Source of the DNA: Octopus vulgaris
Lineage: Eukaryota
DNA length: 64,000 nucleotides
Assembly (NCBI GenBank): GCA_951406725.2
Contig: OX597828.1
Coordinates: 13,144,001 to 13,208,000 of the forward strand
Direction of reading: 5' to 3'
Both the position numbers and the translations under genes were made by a program. This document shows, in pieces, positions 12,501 through 24,283 of this stretch; position 1 is the first letter of the stretch, and each line of letters starts with the position of its first letter. The notes under the pieces were generated by a model. That model made no database searches. It was not told where the DNA came from and saw only the letters and a list, made by a program, of their open reading frames with translations.

Positions 12501-15406
12501 GTTGTCGGTGTTAGGTGCAGTAAAAAATGGCCTGGACCGTGATTACCAGCACGAACATCAAAGTTCAAAAAGTAGTTAACCATTAAATAGTTTTAGTAAA
12601 TTTATACAGAAAAAAAAAAGTAAGCATTATACCGTCCAGCATAAATAAAAGTCAAATTCATTATATTTTTTCTGTAAAAACCTATCCTGACATTATTTAT
12701 CTATGCACAAATGAATGTACTTGCAGATTAGTACGGTGGATTTTCGGACGACTGAATATATCCCACTTCATTCTAAACTTATCCGTTCCATGAGTTTCCA
12801 TCCAACGTATTCCGATGGTTTACTGCTTAGTTGTGCTATGGACAAAAAAATCAAATTAACCAGTTTAATTAGCAACACAGTTGTTCAACAGTAAGTATCA
12901 CGATTCTTGTTCCTTTGAGTCCTGTATTAATGTATATGTGTATATGAGTGAATTTATGTGAGTATATGAAGCTTCATATACACGCATACATTCACTCTCT
13001 CATATGCCATCATCATCATCATTCTTTTAATCCACTATTTCATACTTCATGGGTCAAATAGTGTTTATTAAGTCAAATTTTCTACAGCTGCATTCTGATC
13101 CTGTTGTCAACCTGCAAAATGAATGTCTCTGCTTATATTACAGTGACACTTTTACATGTTTCTGTCAAGACTGCAGCCATGCTAGGACATCAAAATATAT
13201 ATATTTATTACTGTGTGTATGTGCAATGATATATACATGCTTACACACCCACATATAGATATAATATACAATATGTGTGTGTTTTTTTAACAGCACATGC
13301 ATGGACACATTATAAGTTAAGGCTTATAATGTGGTTAGAAAGTCTGTTTTGCAACCACATTGTTTTGAGTTAATTCCAATTGCATGGAGCTGGGTAGATA
13401 TATTTTCCTATAACATTGTACCGATGAATAAGTAAAACTTCCAGAATGATTAAAAGAGCACTTTTATAATCTAGGTAACTTTCAAAGACAAACATAGCAC
13501 ACTTTTCACTTCATGAAATAATCAATCAGTTTAGAATAATGAAGCTGAGAGCTAAGTTAATGTTCAATAGATATAATAGGCAATCCACAAAGTCTGGTAC
13601 ATGTTTGTCGTACAATATAATATTTTTACAAGAACTTTTGCTGGTACAATCTATTACCATTTTATTTCTTGAAATTTTCAGTTAACATAGATTGTTTAAT
13701 TCTTGTTCAACATCTTAACCAAAGTAAATAGATGACTAATCTACATACTTTGATCTTAACCTGGGGCCCCTCAACTGTGGAGGCCCCCTGTGACTGCAAG
13801 GGTTGCAGGGGCTTAGCAACAGCCCTGAGTTGTTCATTCATTCATTCATAGACAGATTTGTGTATGCATGCAGTTATGCCATTGTTTTGATGTTTGTGCA
13901 CAGTTTAAAAACAATGACTCCATTGAAATGATGGCAACTTTGTTGACAATCTGCTGCATAAACATATTCCAGCTATTGAGCTATTTATTGAATGAAGGAC
14001 AAGGGGAAATAGTTTCTTATTCTTATTTAGAAACAGGTGGAGGTTGGTTACAAGAAAAGCATCTGATTGTAGAAATCTACCACAATTAGTTTAGTCTAAT
14101 CCATGCCAGCATGGGAATGTGAGCATTAAAACAATGATTGTAATATATCTATGTATAACTTAGATGTAGTTTATCCAATAAAACAGAACTGATAGTTTGG
14201 TAGAATTTATTTGGTGTAATCAATTTATTTGGTGGTTAGAGCGTCGAGCTTACGATCGTGAGGTTGTGAGCTCGAATCCCGGACCGGGCTGCGTGTTGTG
14301 TTCTTGAGCAAGGCACTTTATTTCAACTTTCTAGGTGCAATCCCATGGTCATTCATGACCGAAGGGGGTCTTTACCCTTTACCCTTAATGTGAGGTGTTC
14401 TCTCTTTTCTGTCTTGTGACATATTTCTAAACATTGAACATATGATTTAACTTTAAAATGTTATACTGTTTAAATTATAGCTAAGATGTATATATACATT
14501 ACTGTCTGTGGAGATATATTGTAGTAGAAGAATTAGTAGTTTGACTGCTGTTTCTAAATTTTCGGTATGTGGTAAAGCAACTTTCGCTGATCCCTTAATT
14601 ATGTTTATAATTATAAAAAAACTTTTTGTATAAGTTTTTACCGATAAGGTTTTTTTTTTCCATATCAAACTACTTGGTAAAATTTATTAATTATTAAATT
14701 AATAATTCTTTACCCTATATCTATGATATGTATATATATATATATGCTTGTATAGGGTGTGTGTGTATCCATGCTGAATTTATTCATGTATAACCGTCCA
14801 ACCCATGCTATCATGGAAAGCGGACGTTAAACGATGATGATGATGATAATTTACTTATTTACATGAAAAAACATGATTAATTGGTTTCCATTATGTTGGC
14901 TTTAAAGCTGGTACACTTTTACAGCTTACAATGGGAAAATTCACAAGTCATTTTAAAATTTGCTTTTAGTTTTATTTAAGAGATGTGAACATTTTCATTG
15001 TATTTTGTGCAACGATTAAAGTAAATCTGGTTAAAAGTCCCCTTTAACCATGTATCATAATTCTATCTACTACAGGTACAAGGACTGATATTTTGGGGGA
15101 AGGGTGTTGGAGGCTAGTTGATTTCATCAACCCCAGTACTTGCCTGGTACTTATTTTATTGACCCCTGGAAGTATGAGAGGCAGATTCACCTGTGGCAGA
15201 ATTTGAACTCAGGAAGAAATGCCTCTAAAGTGGTAACAATTCTACCAGCTCACTGCCTTTATTCATTTATCATAATACAAAAGAGAAGTCACTGGGTATA
15301 TAGTGGTGGTGGTAGTGGTGGGGGAATCCATTGCACATAATTACAGATTAGCATTATGCATGAGAATGTATTATGTGTTTCTGTGTTTATATATATATAT
15401 TGTGTG

Positions 15407-15465
<59 letters not shown>

Positions 15466-15698
15466 TAGGGAGTATAACTCCAAACTTACAGGAAAAAATT
15501 CAATTTAGTATTAAATCAAATTTCGCAATATAAATATATAATATATATAAATTAGAGAAAAACCACTATTATTTACTTATATATTGTTTATTCATTTTTT
15601 GTGATCTAGTTTATGTTTTATAATATATTGTATTTTTTTCTTTATGATTTGGTTTACGTCTATCATTGTTTGAATTACATAATAGCAGTTTTTCTCTA

Positions 15699-15750
<52 letters not shown>

Positions 15751-18700
15751 CGGGGTGATGAAAAGTTTCTGGCTTTGGGTGAAAGAAAATGCAAAAAGGA
15801 TCAGTTAATTATGATTTTATTCGATATGTTCCCACTTGTTACAGTGGTCCTTCAGGTTTTCTAAGCCCTGTAAAAGTACTTGGAAGGTTGGGCCTCTAAC
15901 CAAGCCTTTCATGATACCCTTAAAGCCAGGAACTTTTCAACACCCCCTCGTATATATTTGTATAATGTTTTTAATGTTTTTACAGGTACGAGGTTCCTCT
16001 TCCTGCTTGGAGTTGTGTTTGGAACACAGATGACCATAACTACTTCTTTGCTGGCATTCAGAATGGTTTAGTGTTGGAATATGATGTCCGAAAGACTGAT
16101 ACATTTATTCAACAAATAAACACTGAGGGGAGTCGGTCACCTGTTGTTTCTCTACAGTATATTCCTGCTGCACCTTTTGCTCACTTCAGGTATGGTTATC
16201 TTGTTATGCTATTCTTTTACTTGTTTCAGTCAACCCATGCTAGCGCAGAAAACGGACGTTAAACGATGATGATGACTGCAACCATGTTGGAGCACCACCT
16301 TGGAGGGCTTCTACTTGATAAAATCAAACCCAAGACTTATTTTTTAAAGCTTGGTCCTTATTCTGTCAATCTCTTTTGCTGAACAACTAATTTACATGGA
16401 CGTAAACACACCAACGCCAGTTAGCAAGCAGTGATAGTGGGGACAAACAAACACACACACACACACGACGGGCTTCTTTCAGTTTTTGTCCACCATATCC
16501 ACTCACAAGGCTTTGGTTGGCTCAAGGCTATAATAGAAGACACTTGCCCAAGTTGCCATGCAGTGGGACTGGACCTGGAATCATATGGTGGGGATGCATG
16601 CTTCTTTTATTCATTAAATTGGTCATAAAGGCCTTACAAAGGAAGCTGCAGGCTGGACAAGGACATAATGAGATGATATGATAATAATGAGGGCAACAGC
16701 AACACCTGCCGATTGCTGTTTACTTGAGCACATTTATAAATACCTGAGACCTATTGAGTCAAGTACGTTAACACCAACATCAAAATGAAAATCAAATGGA
16801 AATTGTAGTTAAGATACCTGTGCCGGTGACACGTTAAAAGCATCGTCTGAACATGGCATATGCCAGCGCCGCCTGACTGGCATCCGTGTCAGTGACACGT
16901 AAAAGCACCAACCAATCGTGGCCATTTGCCAGCCTCCTCTGGCCCCTGTGCTGGTGGCACGTAAAAAGCACTCACGGAGTGGTTGGCATTAGGAAGGGCA
17001 TCCAGCTGTAGAAAAACTGCCAGATCAGACTGGTGCCTGGTGCAGCCTCCTGGCTTCCCAGACTCCGGTCGAACCATCCAACCCATGCTAGCATGGAAAA
17101 CGGACGCTAAATGATGATGATGATGATTTGAGGCAACAAACCTCTTACATAGTTCTAAGTAAAACATTAAGGAGGCAATAAACCTCTTACAATACAAAAA
17201 GCCATTGTGAGGCAATGAACTTCTTACACAAGTCAATCACACAGCCACACCTGTGCCTTAAAGACGAAAATTTTTTTAATATTTATATCTACATTGCACT
17301 TAAATTGGTTTGATACATGTTTGTATCAGACCGGATTTTTACTAGAAACCTTTGTTTCTAAGTTAAGGCTTATAATGTTTTTATGCATCAAGTCTTGTGT
17401 CTGGCCTTGTAAAGAATAGTGCTGCTACTTTTAATTTGCATCTTATCTACTAACCATCACTCTCTCTTTCATGTTACTCAATATTGGCATCCATCACTCA
17501 CTCTCTTTCTCTTCACCATCAGCCATCTTTATTCTTTCAAGCCTTCACTTTTTGCTGACATTCATCATTCTCTTTCACTTTCACTTCTCCCTCTTCCCTC
17601 AATTTGTCTTTCTCCTATCTCTACCTCATTCCCCACTTTGTCCTTACACTGTTTTCATTTTATTGAGTCTCCTTAACAACAACCAACATATAGCTGCTTA
17701 TCACTTTCTCTCTTCCTTACTACCCTCTCACCCTGGCGCTCTCTCCACCCATTCAGTTGCATTTGCCTGTACGAATTAATACACATTGCATTAAGTTTGC
17801 TGTTCAGTGAAAAAGTATTTCTGTTTTGTAAAGACTAAAGATTTTATAAGCTGGCTTATTGATTCAACCAGTTCATTTTTACAGCAGCTGAAAAACCTGA
17901 TTCTCTATTCTCTTTTACTTGTTTCACTCATTTAACTGCGGCCATGCTGGAGCACCGCCTTTAGTCGAGCAAATCGACCCCAGGACTTATTCTTTGGAAG
18001 CCTAGTACTTATTCTATCGGTCTCTTTTGCTGAACTGCTAAGTTACAGGGACGTAAACACACCAGCATCGGTTGTCAAGCGATGTTGAGGGGACAAACAC
18101 AGACACCAAGTATTTCTTAATTTCTAGATCTGATTTTGCCTTTATGAATACTGGAACATAATAGATGCCATTAGATTTTGCATGTCAAAGAGTTGGAACT
18201 TGGTGGTTTTATCTTGTGACAGCATATACTTTGATGCCCCTTATGTTCTTCTTTTGTGATCCTGATCATAACTTTTATTCCTTTTCTAGAGCCGGTGGAC
18301 TGTTGGTTGGTCAGTTGGATCGAATCAGCTTTTATGAGAGAAAACCTAACAACAAATATGAAGTTCATCTTCTTCCTTTGGAAGGTAAGACTTAAAACTG
18401 AACGTATAAGGGTAAAGAAAGTCTCTAGAACTGTTGCACTGGTGATGGTCTACTCAGGCATGGATCAGGCTGGAAATAAAACCAGAAGTGATGCTTAGTG
18501 TTTGTTGATGTGGTTATGTCATAAGATGAAACAGATAGAAATTAATGCTTCAGCAAGAGGCTCTTTATTAAATAAGGTATTATTCTCTCATGAAAGATTT
18601 TACCTCATATAATCCACTATCATACACTGATTTTTGGCTTTAGACACTGAATTCTCCAACTTTTCTGTGTTCACATTTTTACCTTTACCTCTTCTTGTTG

Positions 18701-21471
18701 ATCTCACAAATATTTCTACAAACTTGTAGAAAAGTCCTGAAGACAATAAATTCCTTTTAAATATACCCCAGATGTTGCTCATTATAACTATGGTAATATC
18801 ATCAGTCAGTTATTGTAATTAAAAAGACTTCATCTCAAAATGATCACAATAAGCAGATTCATTAGAGTATTAGAAAAAATGTTTTGCTTGAGAAGACCCA
18901 GCAAGCCAAGTGAGACCATAACCTCGTTGCCTATGCCAGGGGTGTAACCAGTCCACTTATGTGTACCTTTCCGTCATCGGAGACTAAACTCTGCTTGCGA
19001 AAACCTGTTGAGGCAAGTGAAATCGAAATCAAATTCGATGACTGGCATCCACGCTAGTGGAGTGCTAAGAGCACCATCCGAGCGTGATCGTTACCAGCGT
19101 CGCCTTACTGGCACGTGAAAAAGCGAGCGAGGTCGTTGCCAGTTCCGCTGGACTGGCTCTTGTGCAGGTGGCATGTAAAAAACACCATTTGAGCATGGCT
19201 GTTGCCAGTACCGCCTGACTGGCCCTTGTGCCGTTGGCACGTAAAAGCACCCACTATACTCTAGGAATGGTTGGCATCAGGAAGGGCATCCAACAATAGA
19301 AACTCTGCCAGATCAGGTTAGAGCCTGGTGCAGCCATCTGGTTTGCCAGTCCTCAGTCAAATCATCCAACTCATGCTAGCATGGAAATCAGACGTTAAAC
19401 GATGATGATGATGATGACCTTGCAGTATTTCATTGTACACATTTATGTTGTGAGATCAAATCTTTTTACGGTCAGTTTTGCCTTTCATCCTTCAAAGATA
19501 ACAAAATAAGTCGCAATCAGATACTTATTTTTTGTGATTGTGATGGAGGAATGAAAATGAAATTTGTAATTGACCGCTCATGGAAAGACGAGTAAATATC
19601 ATAAATTGTCCAGCCTGATATTCTGTCAATTCAATTTGATTTATTTGTTCAAGGGCTCATGTCATCATCATCATCATCATCATACGTCCGATTTCCATGC
19701 TAGCGTGGGTTGGACGATTTTGACTGAGGGCTGGCGAACCAGATGGCTGCACCAGGCTCCAATCTTGATCTGGCAGAGTTTCTACAGCTGGATGCCCTTC
19801 CTAATGCCAACCACTCCAAGAATGTAGTAGGTGCTTTTTACGTGCCACTGGCACAGAAGCCAGTTGACTGCTGTGGCAATGATCACGCTCGGATGGTGCT
19901 CTTGGCAACTTACTAGCATGGGCATAAGTGCCAGTAAGGCAACGCTGGAAACGATCACTCTCGAATGGTACCCTTTAAGTGCCACCGGCACGGATGCCGG
20001 TTAGCCACTCTGTCAATGATCACGCTCGTATGGTGCTCTTTGCACCCTGCTAGCACGGACGCCAGTCATCGAGTTTGATTTTGATTTTGCTTTTGATTGA
20101 TTTCATTTGCCTCAACAGGTCAAACACTAAAATTGGTGGCTGAGCACCAAATCTCAAATTAAATTCTAGAAATTCTTCTTTTCTCAATATTTTTATCAGC
20201 TTATGTTTATTTTATTTCATTTTTGTCTTAAAGGTAACCTCACGAGTTTATTTTTTGAAACTCACACAAGACAGTTATTGGCAAGTTTTAGGAATTCTAC
20301 CAAATTTCCCAAGGTCCGGCATATGGTGAGTGACGCAAAAACAAAATAATATATATTGTGCAGATAACAATGTTTGTTGGTTCATTGACCTCACTGGTTC
20401 ACAAATTGTGCACTGTGAGGGGTGTCTAGCATGTCCTAGATTTTTTAAAGTATTGGGTTGTCCGGAAAGTTCATGCCGATTTATAGTAGCTTACCTTTCG
20501 ATTTATTTTAGAACATGGTTGAGTCCATAAAATAGGATTTGACTACACCTCCATTTAGAGCACAGTTTAAGCTATCTTTTCGTGGAAGAAGGTTTATGTT
20601 CCTGTAACCTGTGTCAATTCTGTAACCCTTTAAAATGGAAGATAAGAAAGTTCATTTTCGGCACTTGATGCTTTGGGAACCAGACAAAAATTGCTGCAGC
20701 TCGGCTGGGATGTGTTACCCCACCCTCCAACATGTATCTGCTGCATTGACCACAGTAACTGAAACATTTATATATATATAAATTAGAAAAAAAAAACATC
20801 TTTTATCAATTCAATAATGAAAAATTAAATTATACCATTTAGAAATATTACATATTATAGAAATATATATATATATATATACCAAATATATACGTTTTAT
20901 TTAATATTTTGCACATTACTTAATCATTGCTATATGTTTTATCTTATATTTAATCTTTCTATAATATGTAATTTTTCTAAATGGTATAATTTAATTTTTC
21001 ATTATTGAATTGATAAAAGGTGTTTTTTTTCTAATTTATCTTTATATATATAAACGGCAAAATGTCTGAGTGTGTGTCCTTTATACAAATTCAGTTAGAG
21101 AGCTTGCACTTTCTATGGTCATTCAAAACCGTCCAAGGGTGCTCGTGCACATCTTTACATTTCTCCAGTCACCCCGCAAAGCCATTAAAAAATTCAATAG
21201 AAGTGATTTTTGGTGAATTTTCTATCCAAAACCCAATCAAAATGCCCGAAACTTGATATGCCAATTGAATGCCAGCTAGCTGTATGTGATTAATTGGAGA
21301 TTTGGACAGTACTCGCGTGTATGTGCACACGCACACAGCTGTATATGCATGCACAAGCACTATGACCCAGCAGTGCCGGGTCATAGTGCTAGTATATATA
21401 TATTATATTTTGTGAAATTTGATTTAGTATTTTTAATTGAATTTTTCCCTGTAAGTTTGGAATAATATTCA

Positions 21472-21506
<35 letters not shown>

Positions 21507-22096
21507 TATATTTAAAAGCAGCAGAAATATAACAAAAGCTTAGTCAGAGTTTCACGTTCCCATTCGTCGGACTGTTTATGATTAGATGCCCTTTCTAATA
21601 CCAACTATTGTTTTTTTTTTAACAAAACTGTCTGATGAACAGGAATATGAAACTCTGAGTAACAGCTTTTGTTAAATTTCTGCTGCTTTTAAATAAACAT
21701 ATTACTCTACCTCTGGTATTTGAGTACTCTTTTTTTCCCCCTTGTTTCACATTTATGTGCTTACTCCGGTATATATATATATGTGGAGGCACACACAATG
21801 GCCCACTGGTTAGGGCAGCGGACTCGCGGTCATAGGATCTTGGTTTCGATTCCCATACCGGGCGTTGTGAGTGTTTATTGAGTGAAAACACCTAAAGCTC
21901 CACGAAGCTCTGGCAGGGTAGTGGTGGCGAACCCTGCTGTACTCTTTCGCCGCAACTTTCTCTCATTCTTTCTTCTGTTGGCCTGCTCGCTTCAGCCAGC
22001 GGGGTGGCGTCATTTGAAGGCTAAAACAATGCGAAGCGCATTGTGACCAGCGATGTGTAGCAACATCTGATAGCCTGGTCGGTCACAGTGATCACG

Positions 22097-22142
<46 letters not shown>

Positions 22143-24100
22143 TGGTTGTAACTGAACACAATTTGCAGTGAATTCAATGCTTCCAGGTCAGACCGTATAC
22201 AGCAATATGCTTCTACTACAGTAACTTAATCTGTTAAAAATAGCAGTCAAATCTCCTAAAAATCACCCGTCCAGGATTCAGTGAAGAATACATTGGATAA
22301 TATAGTCACTAATATATGTATGTGTGTGCTAGCAACATAGGCACTATTAATACTGAGGGGTAATACTTATCTCTGCTTAAATTTGGATGTTCTGTAACTG
22401 TTTCTTTCTCAATCTCTAGGTATGTGAAATGACAGCAAATGTTTCTGATGACCACAATATTTGTAGCTGTAATGTTATCCAGACATTTCATGGTAGCTCT
22501 CCACAGACGTTACTCTCCAGAACATCACTGGTTCAACATCCCAAAGACAAAAATCGACTTTTGATATGTGCCAATGAAGAATTAGCATGTGCGGTAAGAT
22601 TATAAAAATAAAGAGACAAAATTTCCAATAATGCTATTTTTATTCTTATACTAGAATGATAAAAAAAATTATTAATTTATTAAGATCTATTTCAAGAATA
22701 TCACTAAAACTTGTTGTATATACAACTACTTTGTAATAGCTTAGTTCTAAAATGAAACAAGCAAGCCTTTTGATTGCTCAACCTGCTAGAAATAGTAACC
22801 AAATCTCCTGGAGATTGCACCCTATGAGCTTAAAAAGAGAAAAAAAACTTAACATTATTGGAGAATGTGATATTTTTTAAGAACAAAAGTAATGGAATGA
22901 GCAATGCACTTTTATCTTAGGTCTGTTGAGCCAGTTGTTACCCCTACATGATGCAGATGAATCAAGTCTTATCCTAAACAGCAATGTCAGTTTCTCTCAC
23001 AGTAGTTCTGAAATGGTGCACCATGAACTTTTGAAAATATAATTTAAAGGCTTTAGAAAATCCACAAGCTTGTTATGCACAAATATGTTTACTAATAAGC
23101 AATAGGTCTCTATGCGATATGCTCCAGTAAGTTTTAAAATGATCTCTGGTATACCAGAGTTTTGAGACATATCTATACATCTTTTCCATAAGAAGTTCTA
23201 TGACAGGCCAAAGAATTGTTTCCAGACACACAAAGAATCCGCAGATTGAACTCACAACCCAAGAGTTGCTTTGCTACTAGCACCACCAACTTTGGCTGTT
23301 AGACATTGAAAGTGTCAAAACAGTTGCTTGACTTTTCTGTATTTCATTGCTTAACCAGAGTCTCTGAGACTTCAGAGCAGAAATCTTCTGGCCCAATATC
23401 TGACTCAAATGCTTGCAGTTGTCTCTACTAAAGGCATACTGGGGCCAGGCACTCATATGAATTTGGGTGAAAGATTGTCTGAAGTGCAGTCTCACTCGCA
23501 GTTCACCGTACCACCTTTAGCTATTTAAAAATAATTTCCACGTAACTAAACACTTTTAAACTTCGTATACTGGTAGAATGTGTTTATAAAACATCTTTTC
23601 TCTTGGCTTTATTGAGAAAATTCTATAGTTTGTAAGATATTTGTTGTTTTTCTTCAATTTCTGCAATTTCAACCAATCAATGACGTCTATTGAGGTGAAA
23701 ACATTGTGCCGTATGAAAATGTCCCTCGTTTAAGAAATAGATTGGGTTTATTTACATTTCTGAAGAAAAAAAAAGATACCTTTCCCCCTAAAACAGATTG
23801 AAATGCAATAGATCGATACTAGGGTCATAATTATGGGTGACAATTTCATGACACCGCTAGAAAAAAATGCCTTTCAAACTGAAACTATCCAAAAATTCAA
23901 ATATGGCAATGAATTGTACTGATACATCTCTCTTTATATTTCAGGTTAATATTTGGGATGGAAAAACCTTTCAATATGTCCAAAAGTTATCTTGTGGATC
24001 TCCTGTTCTTGATATTTGCTCCATCTCCACAAAGGACAACCATTATCTCCTAGCTTTAACAGAAAAACAAGTGAAACTTCACAAATGGTCTGAATCATAA
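2713..24100 (+). CDS. RFWD3: E3 ubiquitin ligase RFWD3, partial spliced gene span (RING, coiled coil, WD40)
   Basis: Ten GT-AG exons in compatible phases; C3HGC3-type RING (CSIC...CGHLFGESC...CPHC), coiled coil, then WD40 ending LLALTEKQVKLHKWSES*, colinear with human RFWD3 as I recall it. Confidence 0.95.
3375..3640 (-). mobile_element. CR1/L2-type LINE 3' end
   Basis: LRVAEAWNNLPASVVSCRSTASFK C-terminal motif plus 3' UTR and (ATT)n/polyA tail; same family as 43716-44240 and 48035-48555. Confidence 0.85.
4108..4210 (+). CDS. RFWD3: RFWD3 exon, RING second half (SCIDKWLRGQGDKCPHCNCKAKRSDIRVVFSRNIR)
   Basis: ctcAG / GTgggt; phase matches previous exon. Confidence 0.95.
4309..4685. mobile_element. 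Tc1-like MITE
   Basis: TIRs CACTTGCGTCAGAAATTAATTAGCAC / GTGCTAATTAATTTCTGACGGTAGTG, TA flanks. Confidence 0.8.
4693..5045 (+). mobile_element. tRNA-derived SINE family A
   Basis: GGCTGTGTGGTAAG A-box, GGTTCAGTCCC B-box, CORE-like TTGGGCAAGTGTCTTCTACT; many copies in the window. Confidence 0.85.
5425..5594 (+). CDS. RFWD3: RFWD3 exon, coiled coil (AVDTIERDRALQELAQSKQRNAELKMELAEL...NEIKFL)
   Basis: ttctAG / GTaaca; open frame with heptad pattern; phases consistent. Confidence 0.9.
6023..6505 (-). mobile_element. RTE LINE 3' tail with internal ~50-bp tandem repeat
   Basis: (CAT)n tail; about three units of CCAGTCAGGCGGTACTGG...CGAACTTTTTACACATG at ~6218-6366. Confidence 0.8.
6763..7162 (+). 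mobile_element. SINE family A
   Basis: Same head, body and tail as 40912-41301. Confidence 0.85.
7799..8402 (+). mobile_element. SINE family A interrupted by a SINE family B copy (~7929-8160)
   Basis: Family A sequence stops at GTGGATTTAGC and resumes at GAAACTGAAAGAAGCCC; the insert has the GGCAGCAAGCTGGCAGAAACG head and CTTTGCCTTTCATCCTTT core. Confidence 0.8.
8431..8563 (+). CDS. RFWD3: RFWD3 exon, linker into WD40 (SRLMGSST...QYRCIKTILIWE)
   Basis: ttgtAG / GTatgt; phase 2 to 0 consistent. Confidence 0.85.
8639..8856. mobile_element. Mariner-type MITE (further copies at 15748-15950 and 46163-46360)
   Basis: Imperfect TIRs TGAAGGGTTGCTTAAAAATTCCTG / CAGGAACCTTTCAGCACCCCCTCA, TA flanks. 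Confidence 0.8.
10563..11217 (-). mobile_element. RTE LINE 3' end (RT C-terminus plus repeat-bearing 3' UTR)
   Basis: Reverse-complement match to ~55050-55745. Confidence 0.85.
11715..11814. other. Assembly gap (100 N)
   Basis: Run of exactly 100 n, likely a placeholder of unknown true size. Confidence 1.
12727..12890 (+). CDS. RFWD3: RFWD3 WD40 exon (ISTVDFRTTEYIPLHSKLIRSMSF...LLLSCAMDKKIKLTSLISNTVVQ)
   Basis: ttgcAG / GTaagt; matches human YIPMHGKQIRGLAF...LLSASLDNTIKLTSLETNTVVQ. Confidence 0.95.
15410..15461. repeat. (TA)n microsatellite (others at 15702-15748, 21476-21504, 22100-22138, 45940-45972, 48817-48857)
   Basis: Directly visible. Confidence 0.95.
15986..16189 (+). CDS. RFWD3: RFWD3 WD40 exon (YEVPLPAWSCVWNTDDHNYFFAGIQNGLVLEYDVR...PVVSLQYIP)
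   Basis: ttacAG / GTatgg; matches human [30 protein letters not shown]. Confidence 0.95.
16740..17127 (+). mobile_element. RTE LINE 3' tail
   Basis: GGCACGTAAAAAGCAC units, GGTTGGCATTAGGAAGGGCATCCAG, (GAT)n tail. Confidence 0.8.
18290..18384 (+). CDS. RFWD3: RFWD3 exon (AGGLLVGQLDRISFYERKPNNKYEVHLLPLE)
   Basis: ttctAG / GTaaga; matches human GGVLAGTLEDASFWE...HVLPLE. Confidence 0.93.
18885..19417 (+). mobile_element. RTE LINE 3' tail; an opposite-orientation copy lies at ~19663-20120
   Basis: Same diagnostic motifs and (GAT)n tail. Confidence 0.8.
20234..20325 (+). CDS. RFWD3: RFWD3 exon (NLTSLFFETHTRQLLASFRNSTKFPKVRHM)
   Basis: taaAG / GTgagt; phase 1 to 0; aligns with human SRHCLVTYRPDKNHTTIR. 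Confidence 0.9.
20451..20760 (+). mobile_element. Internally deleted mariner relic
   Basis: TA-TTGGGTTGTCCGGAAAGTTC terminus and transposase start MEDKKVHFRHLMLW at ~20635. Confidence 0.65.
20779..21038. repeat. ~84-bp inverted repeat (foldback element)
   Basis: Arms 20779-20863 and 20956-21038 are near reverse complements. Confidence 0.85.
21039..21392 (+). mobile_element. Non-autonomous Helitron (5' part repeated at ~51937-52092)
   Basis: A|TC 5' end, 3' hairpin CTATGACCCAGCAGTGCCGGGTCATAG followed by CTAG|T. Confidence 0.85.
21628..21665 (+). ncRNA. Minimal type-I hammerhead ribozyme-like motif (stem II degenerate); inverted decayed copy at 21541-21575
   Basis: CTGT-CTGATGA-acaggaatat-GAAA-CTCtGAG-TA-ACAG: stem I CTGT/ACAG, stem III ACTC/GAGT, GUA cleavage triplet. 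Confidence 0.6.
21784..22100 (+). mobile_element. tRNA-derived SINE family E
   Basis: TGGCCCACTGGTTAGGGC A-box, GTTTCGATTCCC B-box, short repeated tail. Confidence 0.8.
22420..22593 (+). CDS. RFWD3: RFWD3 exon (VCEMTANV...CSCNVIQTFHGSSPQTLLSRT...LICANEELACA)
   Basis: ctctAG / GTaaga; matches human ICSCQPVHTFFGGPTCKLLTK. Confidence 0.93.
23945..24100 (+). CDS. RFWD3: RFWD3 last coding exon (VNIWDGKT...PVLDICS...LALTEKQVKLHKWSES*)
   Basis: tttcAG acceptor, TAA at 24098-24100; matches human PVLDICP...LATLTEKMVHIYKWE. Confidence 0.95.
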   Translation, partial: VNIWDGKTFQYVQKLSCGSPVLDICSISTKDNHYLLALTEKQVKLHKWSES

Positions 24101-24277
24101 ATTCCTTGGACACGTATACATCACTACTTATTATGGAGAGAGAGAGACTATCATATGTAAATTCAAAGTGAAACTGTCTTCTGCGAAGTTATTTCTCACT
24201 CAGTATTTCATTGAGGACATTGTTATAGCTCTTGGTTGAGAATGGGTGGAATGAACACTTTTACAATTTAATTTTGT

Positions 24278-24283
24278 ATTAAA
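24278..24283 (+). terminator. Candidate RFWD3 polyadenylation signal ATTAAA
   Basis: ~180 nt after the stop codon, followed by GT/T-rich sequence. Confidence 0.45.

Noticed and set aside
23521-23866. Helitron-like element before the last RFWD3 exon
   Set aside because: Ends near CTAG but no clear subterminal hairpin and no second copy in the window.
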